Position numbers and translations under genes: made by a program. A stretch of DNA of 63,282 nucleotides, the filler included, from Octopus bimaculoides (Eukaryota): assembly GCF_001194135.2 (NCBI RefSeq). It is 6 parts of 6 records of this genome, joined end to end, with 100 filler letters (N's around TTAATTAATTAA, not from the genome) between each part and the next. Parts side by side here need not be neighbours in the genome. Positions count along the whole stretch, not along the records: positions 21,677 to 39,464 come from NC_068990.1; 5 more parts are not named here. One strand, written 5' to 3'. This document shows positions 23,050-36,190 of the stretch, piece by piece. The notes beneath the pieces are model-generated. The model had not been told where the DNA came from. It ran no database searches and was given only the letters and a program-made list of their open reading frames with translations. Each line of letters starts with the position of its first letter. Within the stretch, counting starts at the first letter, position 1.

Positions 23050-25009
23050 AGTAGCCAGAAACGTTCTCTGTGCGGCAAGCCATTTGTAGTTCAGGCTTCT
23101 GCCATTAGAAGCCACGAGATTCCCCCACTAGACATCAGTATGCCGACTGGCGTTGTACCAGATGAGCTCGGACTGCCACGTCGTGCGTCTGTGTTTTGCA
23201 GTGCTTTCAGTCGATTTTTGTGATGAGTGAAATGGAAAAAAAAAAAAAAAGAACAGCGTGCTTCCGTGAAATTCTGTTTTCTGCTGGTGAAAACGGCGGC
23301 CGAACCATTTCTCATGCTCCAAACAGTTTACAAGGACGCTTCCGTAAGCAAAGCATAAGTTTACAAAAGGTTTCCACCCTTTCGGAATGGTCACTTGTCG
23401 CTTGATGATCAAACTTGTTCAGAACTACCGTTCTACTTTTATCATATGTATATGATTTACATATGTATATGTTTGTCTGTTTGTGTGTGTGTGTATACAT
23501 ATATGTATGTAAGCATATCCATAATATATAAACCATGTTTGTGTGTGTGTGTATGTGTAAACGATTATAACGGTTGTATTTTTCAACTGATTCTGCTGAA
23601 ATTTTACACATAGGTTAAAGACGCCACAGTGGGTGCATCAGTTAAATTAGGTAACATAATCGTTAGTTTCAAAATGAGATTTGCCCTTTTAAAATCAAAA
23701 TCTTGATGGAAAATCCGATTTCAATAGCGCTTATTGGCTCTCATTTCGCAAATCACGTACGAACAACTGCTATGTTCGTCCAATCAGCATCACAGTATTA
23801 ATTGCATCACGCTTCCTAAGCAATTTCATGAAAGAACATATGTGATCGCTTTAAAAATCAATATCCTTCTAGAATGAACTGTACTCGAACACGTGCGTCC
23901 AGGCATGTCATTCTCTGTTTGATAAATAAGCTGACACAAAAGAGTTAGAAGACAAGACAATTATTCTGAATAAGTATTAATGAAATACTATATATACTTT
24001 AACGAATGAATGTTACTAATTGGCGTTCAATCAACTGTGTGAATATTTGCTCACAACAAAATTCAAGTGACAGTAGAAAACGACAAAGTTATTGGTTACT
24101 TAACGTGGAAATTTGGGTGACAAATATCTAAAACTTTATCTAACAGTTTCTTATATAAAACAAAGAATGGGCAGTTTTTTTATTTTTATTTTTGCGTGAC
24201 TCACTTGATTTAACACGTACATGCCTATTATCTATTCTTTAATTTCATTTCATGAAGAGGGAATATTAGTATCAACATTTCAAATTATGAGTTAAGCATA
24301 ATTGAACGATATTTTGGCAAATACTTATCATTTTTACGAATTTTATAGATCAAATTCATCGGCTACATTCTAATAAAAACACTGTTTGGTCGTTTCTGGT
24401 AGCTTATTCATCCACAAGGTTTTCTACTTTATCGGTCATCATCACATAATGCCGAACCCTATATCCCATTTGAAGTTTTCCGGTTGCATGGACTTAACTT
24501 TATTTATAAAGAATTTTCATTACTTCCAAACTAATATAACGTAATTTTAATGCTAACACCCTTTTTCCCAAAGGAAGCCGGTTTTGGTTGTCTTTCATTT
24601 TCAGAAAAATCCTAGAATAGATTTCGATTTGCATATTCTTGTTATTTGAATTTTGCACTTAAGTGTGAATTTTTTTCAGGAATATCCTTTACCTTCTGCT
24701 ACCTGTCAGTGCACTGGTGTTTGCATCGATCGTTTACATTTTATCAGCATTGCACTTCTGGTCGATAGAATATCGATTTTCTCGAAATAAGTTCTGTCCA
24801 CATGTGCTTATAGATGTGAATGTTCATTCACAACTGTCCGCATCTACGTGCCATTTGGTGCTTATAATTTGCCATTTGGTGCAAATACTTCTAGACTTTA
24901 GCGCTTTGGGGATTTTTTGTTGAAATACAATATTTAGTGCTGGCAAACAGCAACGAGGTAAATTTAATTGATTTTATTAAAGATTCATTCAATTACAGAT
25001 TTTCGCTAG

Positions 25010-25240
25010 GATGCCTCGAAAAAGTAGGAGTCACATTGGCAGAAAAACAAACAAAAAAAAATGCTTCCATTTTGCGTTCCTTGCGGACAAACGAGACAGA
25101 AGAACAATGTGTTCGCAATGCTGCTTTAGTGCAGTCGCCAGAGCCTCACAGACAGATGCATAGACAGATTTGGAATTACGGTGTTTTAGAGCCCAGACCT
25201 ATCACGAAATACACCGTCAAATGGGCAGGAGCATTTGCTA

Positions 25241-25241
<1 letters not shown>
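25010..25241 (+). mobile_element. Possible Helitron remnant (N-terminal coding piece plus CTAG terminus)
   Basis: MPRKSRSHIGRKT / NASILRSLRTNETEEQ (frameshift in an A-run) resembles Helitron RepHel N-termini. Ends CAAATG-GGCAGGAG-CATTTG-CTAG|T. Confidence 0.45.
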
Positions 25242-25275
<34 letters not shown>

Positions 25276-28200
25276 TCCCAAGAGGACAGAGTAAGCAGAG
25301 CAAGAGTACACACGAAGACGCAAAGTATGACTGAGGAGGTCCAGACAATGAGTTAGAATACCCAGTATTAAACGAGTGAAGAACGAATTTATAGTGCGTG
25401 TATTTATTTGGCAAAATAATCACCATCCTGAAGTACATCTGTTTCAACACAAGACTCACATCAGGAATCTTGCAACACAAATTCATTTAAAGATATGTAC
25501 ATATATATANNNNNNNNNNNNNNNNNNNNNNNNNNNNNNNNNNNNNNNNNNNNNNNNNNNNNNNNNNNNNNNNNNNNNNNNNNNNNNNNNNNNNNNNNNN
25601 NNNNNNNNNNNNNNNNNNNNNNNNNNNNNNNNNNNNNNNNNNNNNNNNNNNNNNNNNNNNNNNNNNNNNNNNNNNNNNNNNNNNNNNNNNNNNNNNNNNN
25701 NNNNNNNNNNNNNNNNNNNNNNNNNNNNNNNNNNNNNNNNNNNNNNNNNNNNNNNNNNNNNNNNNNNNNNNNNNNNNNNNNNNNNNNNNNNNNNNNNNNN
25801 NNNNNNNNNNNNNNNNNNNNNNNNNNNNNNNNNNNNNNNNNNNNNNNNNNNNNNNNNNNNNNNNNNNNNNNNNNNNNNNNNNNNNNNNNNNNNNNNNNNN
25901 NNNNNNNNNNNNNNNNNNNNNNNNNNNNNNNNNNNNNNNNNNNNNNNNNNNNNNNNNNNNNNNNNNNNNNNNNNNNNNNNNNNNNNNNNNNNNNNNNNNN
26001 NNNNNNNNNNNNNNNNNNNNNNNNNNNNNNNNNNNNNNNNNNNNNNNNNNNNNNNNNNNNNNNNNNNNNNNNNNNNNNNNNNNNNNNNNNNNNNNNNNNN
26101 NNNNNNNNNNNNNNNNNNNNNNNNNNNNNNNNNNNNNNNNNNNNNNNNNNNNNNNNNNNNNNNNNNNNNNNNNNNNNNNNNNNNNNNNNNNNNNNNNNNN
26201 NNNNNNNNNNNNNNNNNNNNNNNNNNNNNNNNNNNNNNNNNNNNNNNNNNNNNNNNNNNNNNNNNNNNNNNNNNNNNNNNNNNNNNNNNNNNNNNNNNNN
26301 NNNNNNNNNNNNNNNNNNNNNNNNNNNNNNNNNNNNNNNNNNNNNNNNNNNNNNNNNNNNNNNNNNNNNNNNNNNNNNNNNNNNNNNNNNNNNNNNNNNN
26401 NNNNNNNNNNNNNNNNNNNNNNNNNNNNNNNNNNNNNNGAAGTACAACAGTTTTTAATTTATCATATTGCTAACAGAAACATGTAATTAAATGAAAAGTG
26501 ATGTTTCCATTAATATATCCAACATCTGTATATAGGTTTCATTAGATATACTACTGTTTAGTTCTTTTTTGGTTTTTGTTGTTTTGTTTTCTGTATTTAA
26601 TATTTCCTATATTACTAGTTTTGTACTGATAGACTAGATCAATAAATTTTCTGAAGTCAGATTCGACTGTTCTATACCTTCACGGTCTCATTTTCAAGAA
26701 TTGTATATTCCTGGTCTCTGTGTTGTTTCTTATGTACTTGTTGAATTCGTAGACTCTCTTGCCAAAGCTACGTTGACAACTAAGTTTCTACATGAGTAGT
26801 CAAGTGTTGATTTGTTTACTTCAGTCAAAATTTTAACCTTTAAGTTTTCCTGCCAATAACTACGGTTAGATTCGCTTATGCGTGCTGTTTGCGTGTTTCT
26901 TTTGGCACTGGGTTGCGTTAAGAGTGTGATTTCCAAGAATGCTCAATTAGTTTCGTGAGGTTGTTAGTAGAGTATGTATTATCCTCTAGCATTTTACGAT
27001 CCAACTTTGTCATATGTTGTTGCATAGTGTTTTTCAAATGCTCGTTGGTATAGATGCATGTTTAGACCTACGATTAAATGTACTAATATGTCCAATGCAA
27101 ACAGCTTGTATCCTGAAATTAACAACTTTCAGTTTTGGATTCAAATTTATAGATTATATTGGTCATTAATAACTTCTTCTCGAGTTTAACGCCAGCGAAA
27201 GATTCAAATTTGTCCCTACACATTCTAGAAATAGAAAATATACTTCACATTATTGTAATACAAAAGTGGGACATATTGAATAATGTATTACTCAATATAA
27301 ACGCTTTTCGAATGAGTTACGAAATAATTACAGCGGGAGCATGTTTGATCAAAGATCTACCAAACTAAAGTTGGCCCCCAGGCTCAACAATTACGAAAAT
27401 AACAGCATGCCAAAAGATTTAAGAAAAACTACAAAGAATTGTACATTTTCGTTATACTTGCACTAGTAAGTTGCATTGTGGGAGAGTTTGAGATATTTTC
27501 TTCCTTACTAAGTTGCTACAAAATCGTCAGCGCATAAATACTCGACTAGATATGTGTAGTTTACAAAGAAAAATATTCCTAAATGATCATTCGAAAAATT
27601 TGTGCATTTCTAGTCAAAAATACAGTAATTGATTTTTGCAACCATTGAAATTTGTGCCGATCATTTGATTAACAATTTATTGCATATACTAAAAAGAATT
27701 TATATGTTATGTCCCGTTTTCAGCATGCTTTGCCTTTCTCTTCTAACTGAGTAATTACAACTGAGAAATTCCGCAAACCACTGAATAACCACTGAGATTG
27801 GAGGTGTCTGATGAAGAAAATATTGGTACTGAAGTAAAACAAAAATGGATGCTCAAATGACAATGCCAAGTTGGATTCAATTCTCACGTGGAATTCCGAA
27901 TTGTGAAGCCTTGATATTTTAGCATCAACTTAAAATATTCTATTGAAAATGTTGTTCAGCAGAATCGTCTAGTGCAAAGATTACTACGAGGGTTAATCGG
28001 AAGGTATGTAACACAATCAGATATAAAGTTCGGGATTGAAAAAGGGAAGATAATTAGAAACAGTAAATGAAAAGCTTAATGTTAGCTTTAACGTAAAATT
28101 TTCACCAACGTTCTATAGAAAGTTGATGAAACTTCAAGGATTTCAGAAATGGAAGGCCACAAATTAGAAGTCAACGTATTATAGGCGAGAATTATTTCCC

Positions 28201-28591
28201 AAATATTATATGTCTTTCTCTTCAGTTTATCGGTAAGAAAACAGACATGAAAATATATAACCATCCCACTGCAATAATGTTGGATAACATCAATATAAGA
28301 CTTTGATGTTATGGAGAAAGCATTAACAATACAGTAGAAAGTGCATAGCAAACATTCACATTCTTCAGATAAAGTCGATTGAAAATTATTAATATTTGTT
28401 GATAAGAAAAGGAAATGGAAGTGACTGTAGGATATACACAACTAAGAAATATAACGATGAAGAAAAAAATAAGACTACAATAGTAAAGACAATACAAAAT
28501 ATTAATGCAGCAGCGTCGAATAAAATTATACTGTAGACTTTTAAATAATCTTGCAGTCAGAAAAATAGTCGTTAAAGAAGTGCTATCTGTT

Positions 28592-28623
<32 letters not shown>

Positions 28624-28627
28624 AGAA

Positions 28628-28658
<31 letters not shown>

Positions 28659-28660
28659 AT

Positions 28661-28736
<76 letters not shown>

Positions 28737-29545
28737 GAGAAAATATAGATATGGTGAATGAGAAAAATATAATCAGAAATATGACGAGTGATACAGTGAC
28801 AGAGACAGAAAGAAAACATGTTGCAAAATATGTTTATTTTAAATTAAAAGCCAGCATTTATGCTAAGCACACAACTATAAAAAAGAAAAAAGTAACCATT
28901 TTAAGAAATTGAATCGAATAACAATAAATTGTTTATGAAAATTTATATAGTGTTATAGTAACATAATAGGTGGTTACATACTATGAACGTGTGCACACTC
29001 ATACACACTCACATATAACATACATACATTTATGTATGCAAGTATGTATGTAAGNNNNNNNNNNNNNNNNNNNNNNNNNNNNNNNNNNNNNNNNNNNNNN
29101 NNNNNNNNNNNNNNNNNNNNNNNNNNNNNNNATATATATAAATATATATATATATATACATACACACACATAGACACACACACATATATGACGACTAGCA
29201 TCATGCTTGAAACTCAAGAGTACCAAGGAATTTGAATCAAACTGTTTTGATCTCTCTCTCTCTCTCTCTGTATATATATACATATATATATATAGAGAGA
29301 GAAAGAGAGATAGAGAGCAAGAGAAAGAGTGAGAGAGAGGGAGAGAGCAAAATTGTATGTTTATATGTCTAGGTTTTGTGCGGAGATAAATTACTTGATT
29401 TCATTGATAATTGAATCCGTTTCTTCGTGTTATTTATTATGTTTTTTTGTTATCAAATATTTTCGATTTATTTTTGTGTTGATTTTTGACTTTTATTTCA
29501 ATCATTTTCAACCATACTATGTAAATAAAACGCAAACATACACAG

Positions 29546-29601
<56 letters not shown>

Positions 29602-29605
29602 CATC

Positions 29606-29650
<45 letters not shown>

Positions 29651-29734
29651 GTCTTCATTAATGTTATTTGGGAGAATATTACCATTATTATCATTATTAT
29701 TATTATTATCATTATTATTATTATTATTATTATT
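29546..29734. repeat. (ATT)n microsatellite
   Basis: Visible runs. Confidence 0.95.
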
Positions 29735-30653
29735 GAAGTCTATGAGAAATAGAAAAGAAATACATGACAAGACAATGAAGGACAGAGGAAGACAACTAAA
29801 GAACATAAAATACCAATATACAAACACAAATACGGAAGTAAAGAATTCACTCATAAAACATTAACAGATAACGGCTTTTTCTTTCTGTTGTTTCCTTCTT
29901 TTTCCCAAAAAATTTAGATTAAATTTCATATTTTTCTTTCTATTTCCTTATATATATATTTTGTTTGAAAAAGAAATAATAATGATCTTTTATTCTATAT
30001 GTTTTTGTCATTATTTACTTTCATTATATGAAGCATTTTTTTTTGTTTTCTTTCCCCTTGTTTAATCAGCTTCTTTGAGACTGTATAGAATTTTGTCATT
30101 TTGGTTTAACGTATTTCTTTGTTATTATGTTGTTTTGTTTTGGTATTATTATTTGTTTTTTGGGTTTTTTTTTTTTGCAAATATTTCAAAAGCTTTTGGA
30201 TCGGTTAACATAGAAATTTTGAAAAGCAATTGAAGCCGTATTTTTAATTTTTTTTTCTCTTGTACAATGAACATATTCTTATGGAACTAAATAATAAAAG
30301 AAGTCAAATAAATTAAAATGAACTATATTAAACTTAACTGAAAATTTAAAATAATGTCAATATGAGATTTGAAAGAAAACGACAGTCTACAGAACATAAA
30401 AAATATTGATAAATTTCATATATACTTACCCCACCACTACAAAGATACATACACAAGGACAGTCACAAATATCACACAAACACACATGTACGTGTCTATA
30501 CTTTGTGTGTGTGTGTGTGCGTGCGCGCGCGTGAGTGTACATGTATATATATTTAGATATACATATAAATATAAATAAAAGATAAGTACAAATATATATA
30601 ACACACGATTGCATATGTGTATAGACACACACATTGATACATACATATATACA

Positions 30654-30712
<59 letters not shown>

Positions 30713-30719
30713 GTGTGTG

Positions 30720-30925
30720 TTGGGCACTATAGGTATGAAGCTGCGAGACTGGATTGAAATGATAGAGGTGTATATGAAGATAATACATCTACTAAAGACT
30801 GTGCTGCTTGGAACCGGCCAAATCAAAGTACTCGAAATTAAAATTGAGAACATTACCTTAGTCTACTGAATATAGATAGTTGACACTTTGTTACATTCTA
30901 CGGATTTGTGCTAGACACGATATTG
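30720..30925 (+). mobile_element. 3' end fragment of an R4/Dong-like LINE (subfamily A)
   Basis: LGTIGMKLRDWIEMIEVYMKIIHLLKTVLLGTGQI matches the RLE-element C-terminus (..LQKTALLGTARI). Confidence 0.7.
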
Positions 30926-30949
30926 AGCTAATATTAAAACTTTCCTTGA

Positions 30950-32836
30950 TAGTCACAATTGCTCAATGTAAATGCATTGATTGATGGAGCAGAAGAAATT
31001 CCGGGGTGGTTGACCCAAAGGGCTAACCTTGTTATGCTTGAAGTATGTATCGAAAGGAAACGCTGCCGAAAATTACAGGCCAATTTATCGCCTTCCATTA
31101 ACGTGCAAGTTAATGTCAGGAGGTATTGCAGAAGCAATGTACAAATTTCTTTATGATGACGACATTTTACCAATGGAACAAAAATGTTGTAGGTGGAGAT
31201 TCAGAGGTAGCAAAGACCAATTATTGATAAACAAAATGCATGACTGTAAGCGAAGGCGGGTAAATTGGGAATGACCTGGATTGATTACCGCAAAGCTTAT
31301 GGTTTGATGCTACATTCGTGAATCCTTAACTGCTTAAATATATTTCGAGTTGCAAGGACCATAACATGTTTTCTGAAATATGGTGAGTTTGAAAATTGAG
31401 CTGGCATCGTACAAACAAGCTTTGGCACCCTGGGGATCAGGAGAGGGATTTTCCAAGGAGATAGCTTATCTCTGTTGATTTTTCTACTTTTCATTACCCC
31501 TCTGACCTTGGGCCCGTGGGAAATAAAACTAAGATATCAGTTGAAGAGAAAAACACAGAGAATCAACCATCTTTTCATGGATGAGTTGATGCTCTATGGC
31601 AAGGATGAGGTATAAATGAGCTCTTTGATGAACATGGACCACGGTTTTATACTGATGTTAAGATGATATTTGAAATCAAGTGTGGTATAATGACTCTGAA
31701 AAGAGAAAAGGTGCATTTCGTGGCAGGGGTAGAAGTACTAAATAGAGAAATGATGAAACAAAGTGGAAAGGAAGCTATAAGTACCTTGGTATACTAGTAT
31801 TCAATGAAATCATAAACTGGCAAACAAAAGAACTGATGTGTATGGATACAAAGATACGGAAACTATTGACAGTGCACGGACCATACTGTCCTATGTCTGA
31901 CATTGATGGTTTGATTAGTTGTCAGGATTGTGTTGAAGCAGAAGAAAATGGCTTAGGGTGGTATGTAAACAAAATGCCAAGGAACCGTTGTTCAAGCATG
32001 CGTAGAAGTCTGGCATTGTAAAAAATTGATAATTGTGTTAAGACAGACATTTAAAGAAATAAAGGACACAAAAAAGAAAAAAAGCAGGGAAACATAAAAA
32101 TGCCCGGTCGGTTTACTAGAGATACGAGGTGCAAGACAGATACAGAACGGCAGTGGTTATAGATGCGAAGGTGTGGGGGGAAGATAGAAACAGAGGCACT
32201 TATAAACGCAGTACAATAACAAGTATTGAGGACAAACTATCTGAAGTGCAGCATTGCTCAAACAACCGAGAGCGACAAATGCAGAATGTGTGGCACATTA
32301 TTAGTCAATACTCGGAATTGTCACAACGTGAATACAAAATGTAACATGACAATATGGCAAGAATGATCCATCGGGAGCTTTGTGGAAATTATGAACTTGA
32401 AAGATCAAACACTTTGTATGACCAAATCCCGGAAAGAGTTACTGAGAATGAGGGTGGCGAAATTCTATGGGATGCAGATACACTATGACCATCAGATTAA
32501 ATATCGGAATCCTCACATTGCCTGATAACGAACATAACATGTCCTAGTGAAAAAAATGATAGAAGAGAAAGAAGAAAATGTGAACAACCACGATGAATTG
32601 GAGTGGGAAATGGACACGTTGTGGGCAATGAAAAAAAGTGATCGTGCTACGAATTGTGATTGGTGCACTTGGAGGTGTCAGCAATCAACTATTAACGTGT
32701 CTCAAAAAAGATTGGTACAAATATAAAGATAGAACACCAACAAAAATCAGCATCGGGTAGTCATGTTGGGTATATTGGGCTTCGTATGCTTCTACCCCGG
32801 TGTCATTGTGATGGCAAGAGCTGCTCTTCCACCCAG
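30950..32836 (+). mobile_element. Decayed R4/Dong-like non-LTR retrotransposon (RT, CCHC, RLE)
   Basis: [72 protein letters not shown]. Many stops and frameshifts. Confidence 0.88.
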
Positions 32837-32853
32837 TAATAATAATAATAATA

Positions 32854-32921
<68 letters not shown>
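32837..32921. repeat. (TAA)n microsatellite between two LINE pieces
   Basis: Visible run. Confidence 0.95.
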
Positions 32922-32922
<1 letters not shown>

Positions 32923-32923
32923 T

Positions 32924-33170
32924 TAATATGCTGGATTATAGATATACCATGCCCAGCTGACAACAAGGTATGCGATAAGGAAGAAAGAAAAGCTGACATA
33001 TATGGCAGGTTAGCTTGGGAGGTTAAGCAGTTGTGGTCGATGAAAAAGGTAGTAGTAGTAGAACTAATAGTTGCCGGAGCCCTGGGAACAGTGAGCAAAA
33101 ATCTCGAGAATTATGTGGAACAAATAGGTGCTGCAATAAGGGTGGAGCACTTGCAGAAAACAGCACTTAA
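32924..33170 (+). mobile_element. RLE-domain fragment of an R4/Dong-like LINE
   Basis: CWIIDIPCPADNKVCDKEERKADIYGRLAWEVKQLWSMKKVVVV..GALGTVSKNLENYVEQIGAAIRVEHLQKTAL. Confidence 0.85.
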
Positions 33171-33419
33171 GTTTAAATCATCTTAATCATTGAAATCAAT
33201 AGAAAATTTTGATTTCCGATAATTTATCATCTAAAAGTTAGAACAAGAGAAAATTTACATAAAAGCGAATGCTCGTGTTCCTCACGACGGATTTTGATAC
33301 AAATTCAGATTGCTCTGTCATATATAGGTTGTAAACGACGATGAAAATATCCTTGATTACATTTGTTTATAGAACTCCCATTTTTGAGTTTCTTAAGTAG
33401 TCTTTGTTATAATATTTTC

Positions 33420-33721
33420 AATAATAATAATGATAATTTTTATCATTAATTTCATCATAATTATCGTTGTCGTCGTCTTCCGCATAATGATGATCATCAT
33501 CACCATCATGATCATCATCTTCATCATCATCATCGTCATCATCACCACCATCATCATCATCACCACCACCACCATCACCATTATGAATGTTATTATAGTT
33601 TTTATTATTATATTTCAAAATTATTTTTGAGAATAGCTTCAAAATTTAGTAACGGTGGCAGCTGTCTAGAGAGCAGTGTATATTTTCTTTGCTGCCATTG
33701 TTATTGCTGTTGTTGTTACTC

Positions 33722-33774
<53 letters not shown>

Positions 33775-33790
33775 ATCGTTGCTGGTAATG
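33420..33790. repeat. Degenerate (ATC)n/(CAC)n and (GTT)n trinucleotide repeats
   Basis: Visible runs. Confidence 0.85.
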
Positions 33791-34001
33791 GTGTTATTGA
33801 TGCAGTTGTTGCTATTATTGTCAGTAGATATCATTATTGTTATTTTTATCAATTGTGATTGGTTAAAGTCAGAAATATGTAAGACTTTCCAAATATCAAT
33901 ATAAAATGAAACGCAAGGAAAAAAAGGAAGAAATATCGCAAACAGACATCACGAAAGTATCATAAAAATCATTTTTTAAAAAAAAGAAAAGGTATACATA
34001 A

Positions 34002-34033
<32 letters not shown>

Positions 34034-34044
34034 GCATACATACA

Positions 34045-34102
<58 letters not shown>

Positions 34103-34858
34103 NNNNNNNNNNNNNNNNNNNNNNNNNNNNNNNNNNNNNNNNNNNNNNNNNNNNNNNNNNNNNNNNNNNNNNNNNNNNNNNNNNNNNNNNNNNNNNNNNN
34201 NNNNNNNNNNNNNNNNNNNNNNNNNNNNNNNNNNNNNNNNNNNNNNNNNNNNNNNNNNNNNNNNNNNNNNNNNNNNNNNNNNNNNNNNNNNNNNNNNNNN
34301 NNNNNNNNNNNNNNNNNNNNNNNNNNNNNNNNNNNNNNNNNNNNNNNNNNNNNNNNNNNNNNNNNNNNNNNNNNNNNNNNNNNNNNNNNNNNNNNNNNNN
34401 NNNNNNNNNNNNNNNNNNNNNNNNNNNNNNNNNNNNNNNNNNNNNNNNNNNNNNNNNNNNNNNNNNNNNNNNNNNNNNNNNNNNNNNNNNNNNNNNNNNN
34501 NNNNNNNNNNNNNNNNNNNNNNNNNNNNNNNNNNNNNNNNNNNNNNNNNNNNNNNNNNNNNNNNNNNNNNNNNNNNNNNNNNNNNNNNNNNNNNNNNNNN
34601 NNNNNNNNNNNNNNNNNNNNNNNNNNNNNNNNNNNNNNNNNNNNNNNNNNNNNNNNNNNNNNNNNNNNNNNNNNNNNNNNNNNNNNNNNNNNNNNNNNNN
34701 NNNNNNNNNNNNNNNNNNNNNNNNNNNNNNNNNNNNNNNNNNNNNNNNNNNNNNNNNNNNNNNNNNNNNNNNNNNNAATAATACTTTTTTTTCTAAATTC
34801 TACTTTAGTCTTTAGCTTCTGTTTTTGATATGTATTTATATTATTAATGTTGTTGTTC

Positions 34859-34932
<74 letters not shown>

Positions 34933-36142
34933 GTTATTATTATTATGTTATGTTTCAATTATATTTCATTGTTGATCGTGGTATTTTTATATTTTGATTT
35001 CTGTTGATAAAAAAAAGAATATTTGAGAGTGTATAATATTGGCACTAGTGTGTAGAAATTGTATTGTAGATGGTGATGTTGGCCTACTTGTTGATGGTAT
35101 TGTTGTTGTAGTTGTTGTTGGCAGTGACAAAGATGTTTCACCATAGTCCGTATTGTTATTTCTTTCGTTGTTGTTGTTGTTGGAATAGTTGTTTTTCTTA
35201 TTGTAATTCAGTTTTAAAGATTTATTTACTGACAATACCTGTACGTCTCAAATAGAAAAATTGAACTAGATTTTATTTGACAGATAAATCTGTTTACTGA
35301 AGATGTTCGGTGAGAATCTAAAGCAACAAGGCAGCCTGTCGAAAAATAAAATAAAATCAGATAAGTAAACATAAAATGTACAAATGAACACAAGTTTACA
35401 AAATATATAGAACAAAATATTCACATTAACACACAGAGAAAATAGAAAAATAAATTAAAATATACGAAATACTTAAATACAAAGGGATGTATACGATGCA
35501 AAACAAAAATGCACACAACACTAATACAGTCATAATCTTAGTAATATGAACACAAGGAAAAAAATGAAATAAATAAATTGTGAAAAATAGAAATTGAAAA
35601 TTAAAATCATATAAAACATGAAATATAAAAAGAAAACGAAATAGAAATGATTCAAAATTATATAAGACAATTTCTTCTTCAGTGAGGTTTCTCTTGTCCA
35701 GACGTTTCAGCAGGCACGTCAACAATTTTGCCTTTGTTGTTGTCATCGTGATTATCATAGCAAACACTCATCGTTGTCAAGAAGATAATGATGGTGATGA
35801 ACGTCGTCGTCGTCGTCGTCGTCGTTGTCATCGTTGCCGTCGTCGTTATCACCTTCACCACCATCACCATCACCTCCACCATCACCACCATTATCGTCGT
35901 CGTCGTTGTTATCGCGATCACAAGCACCAACACAATCCGTAAACAATGTCTGAAAACCATATTTTGTCTATTGTCAAACTAGTAGAAAGACTGCTATCCA
36001 AGGTGGGGGTTTCACCTATTTCATGCTATTTATATAATTATATATCTATACANNNNNNNNNNNNNNNNNNNNNNNNNNNNNNNNNNNNNNNNNNNNNNNN
36101 NNNNNNNNNNNNNNNNNNNNNNNNNNNNNNNNNNNNNNNNNN

Positions 36143-36190
<48 letters not shown>

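Noticed and set aside
22819-23115. 98-aa ORF with a hydrophobic stretch as a membrane protein
   Set aside because: The hydrophobic segment derives from the 17-bp tandem repeat, and no homology is recognised.
26640-27120. Possible Penelope or other TE coding remnant on the minus strand
   Set aside because: No diagnostic motif recovered in any frame by eye.
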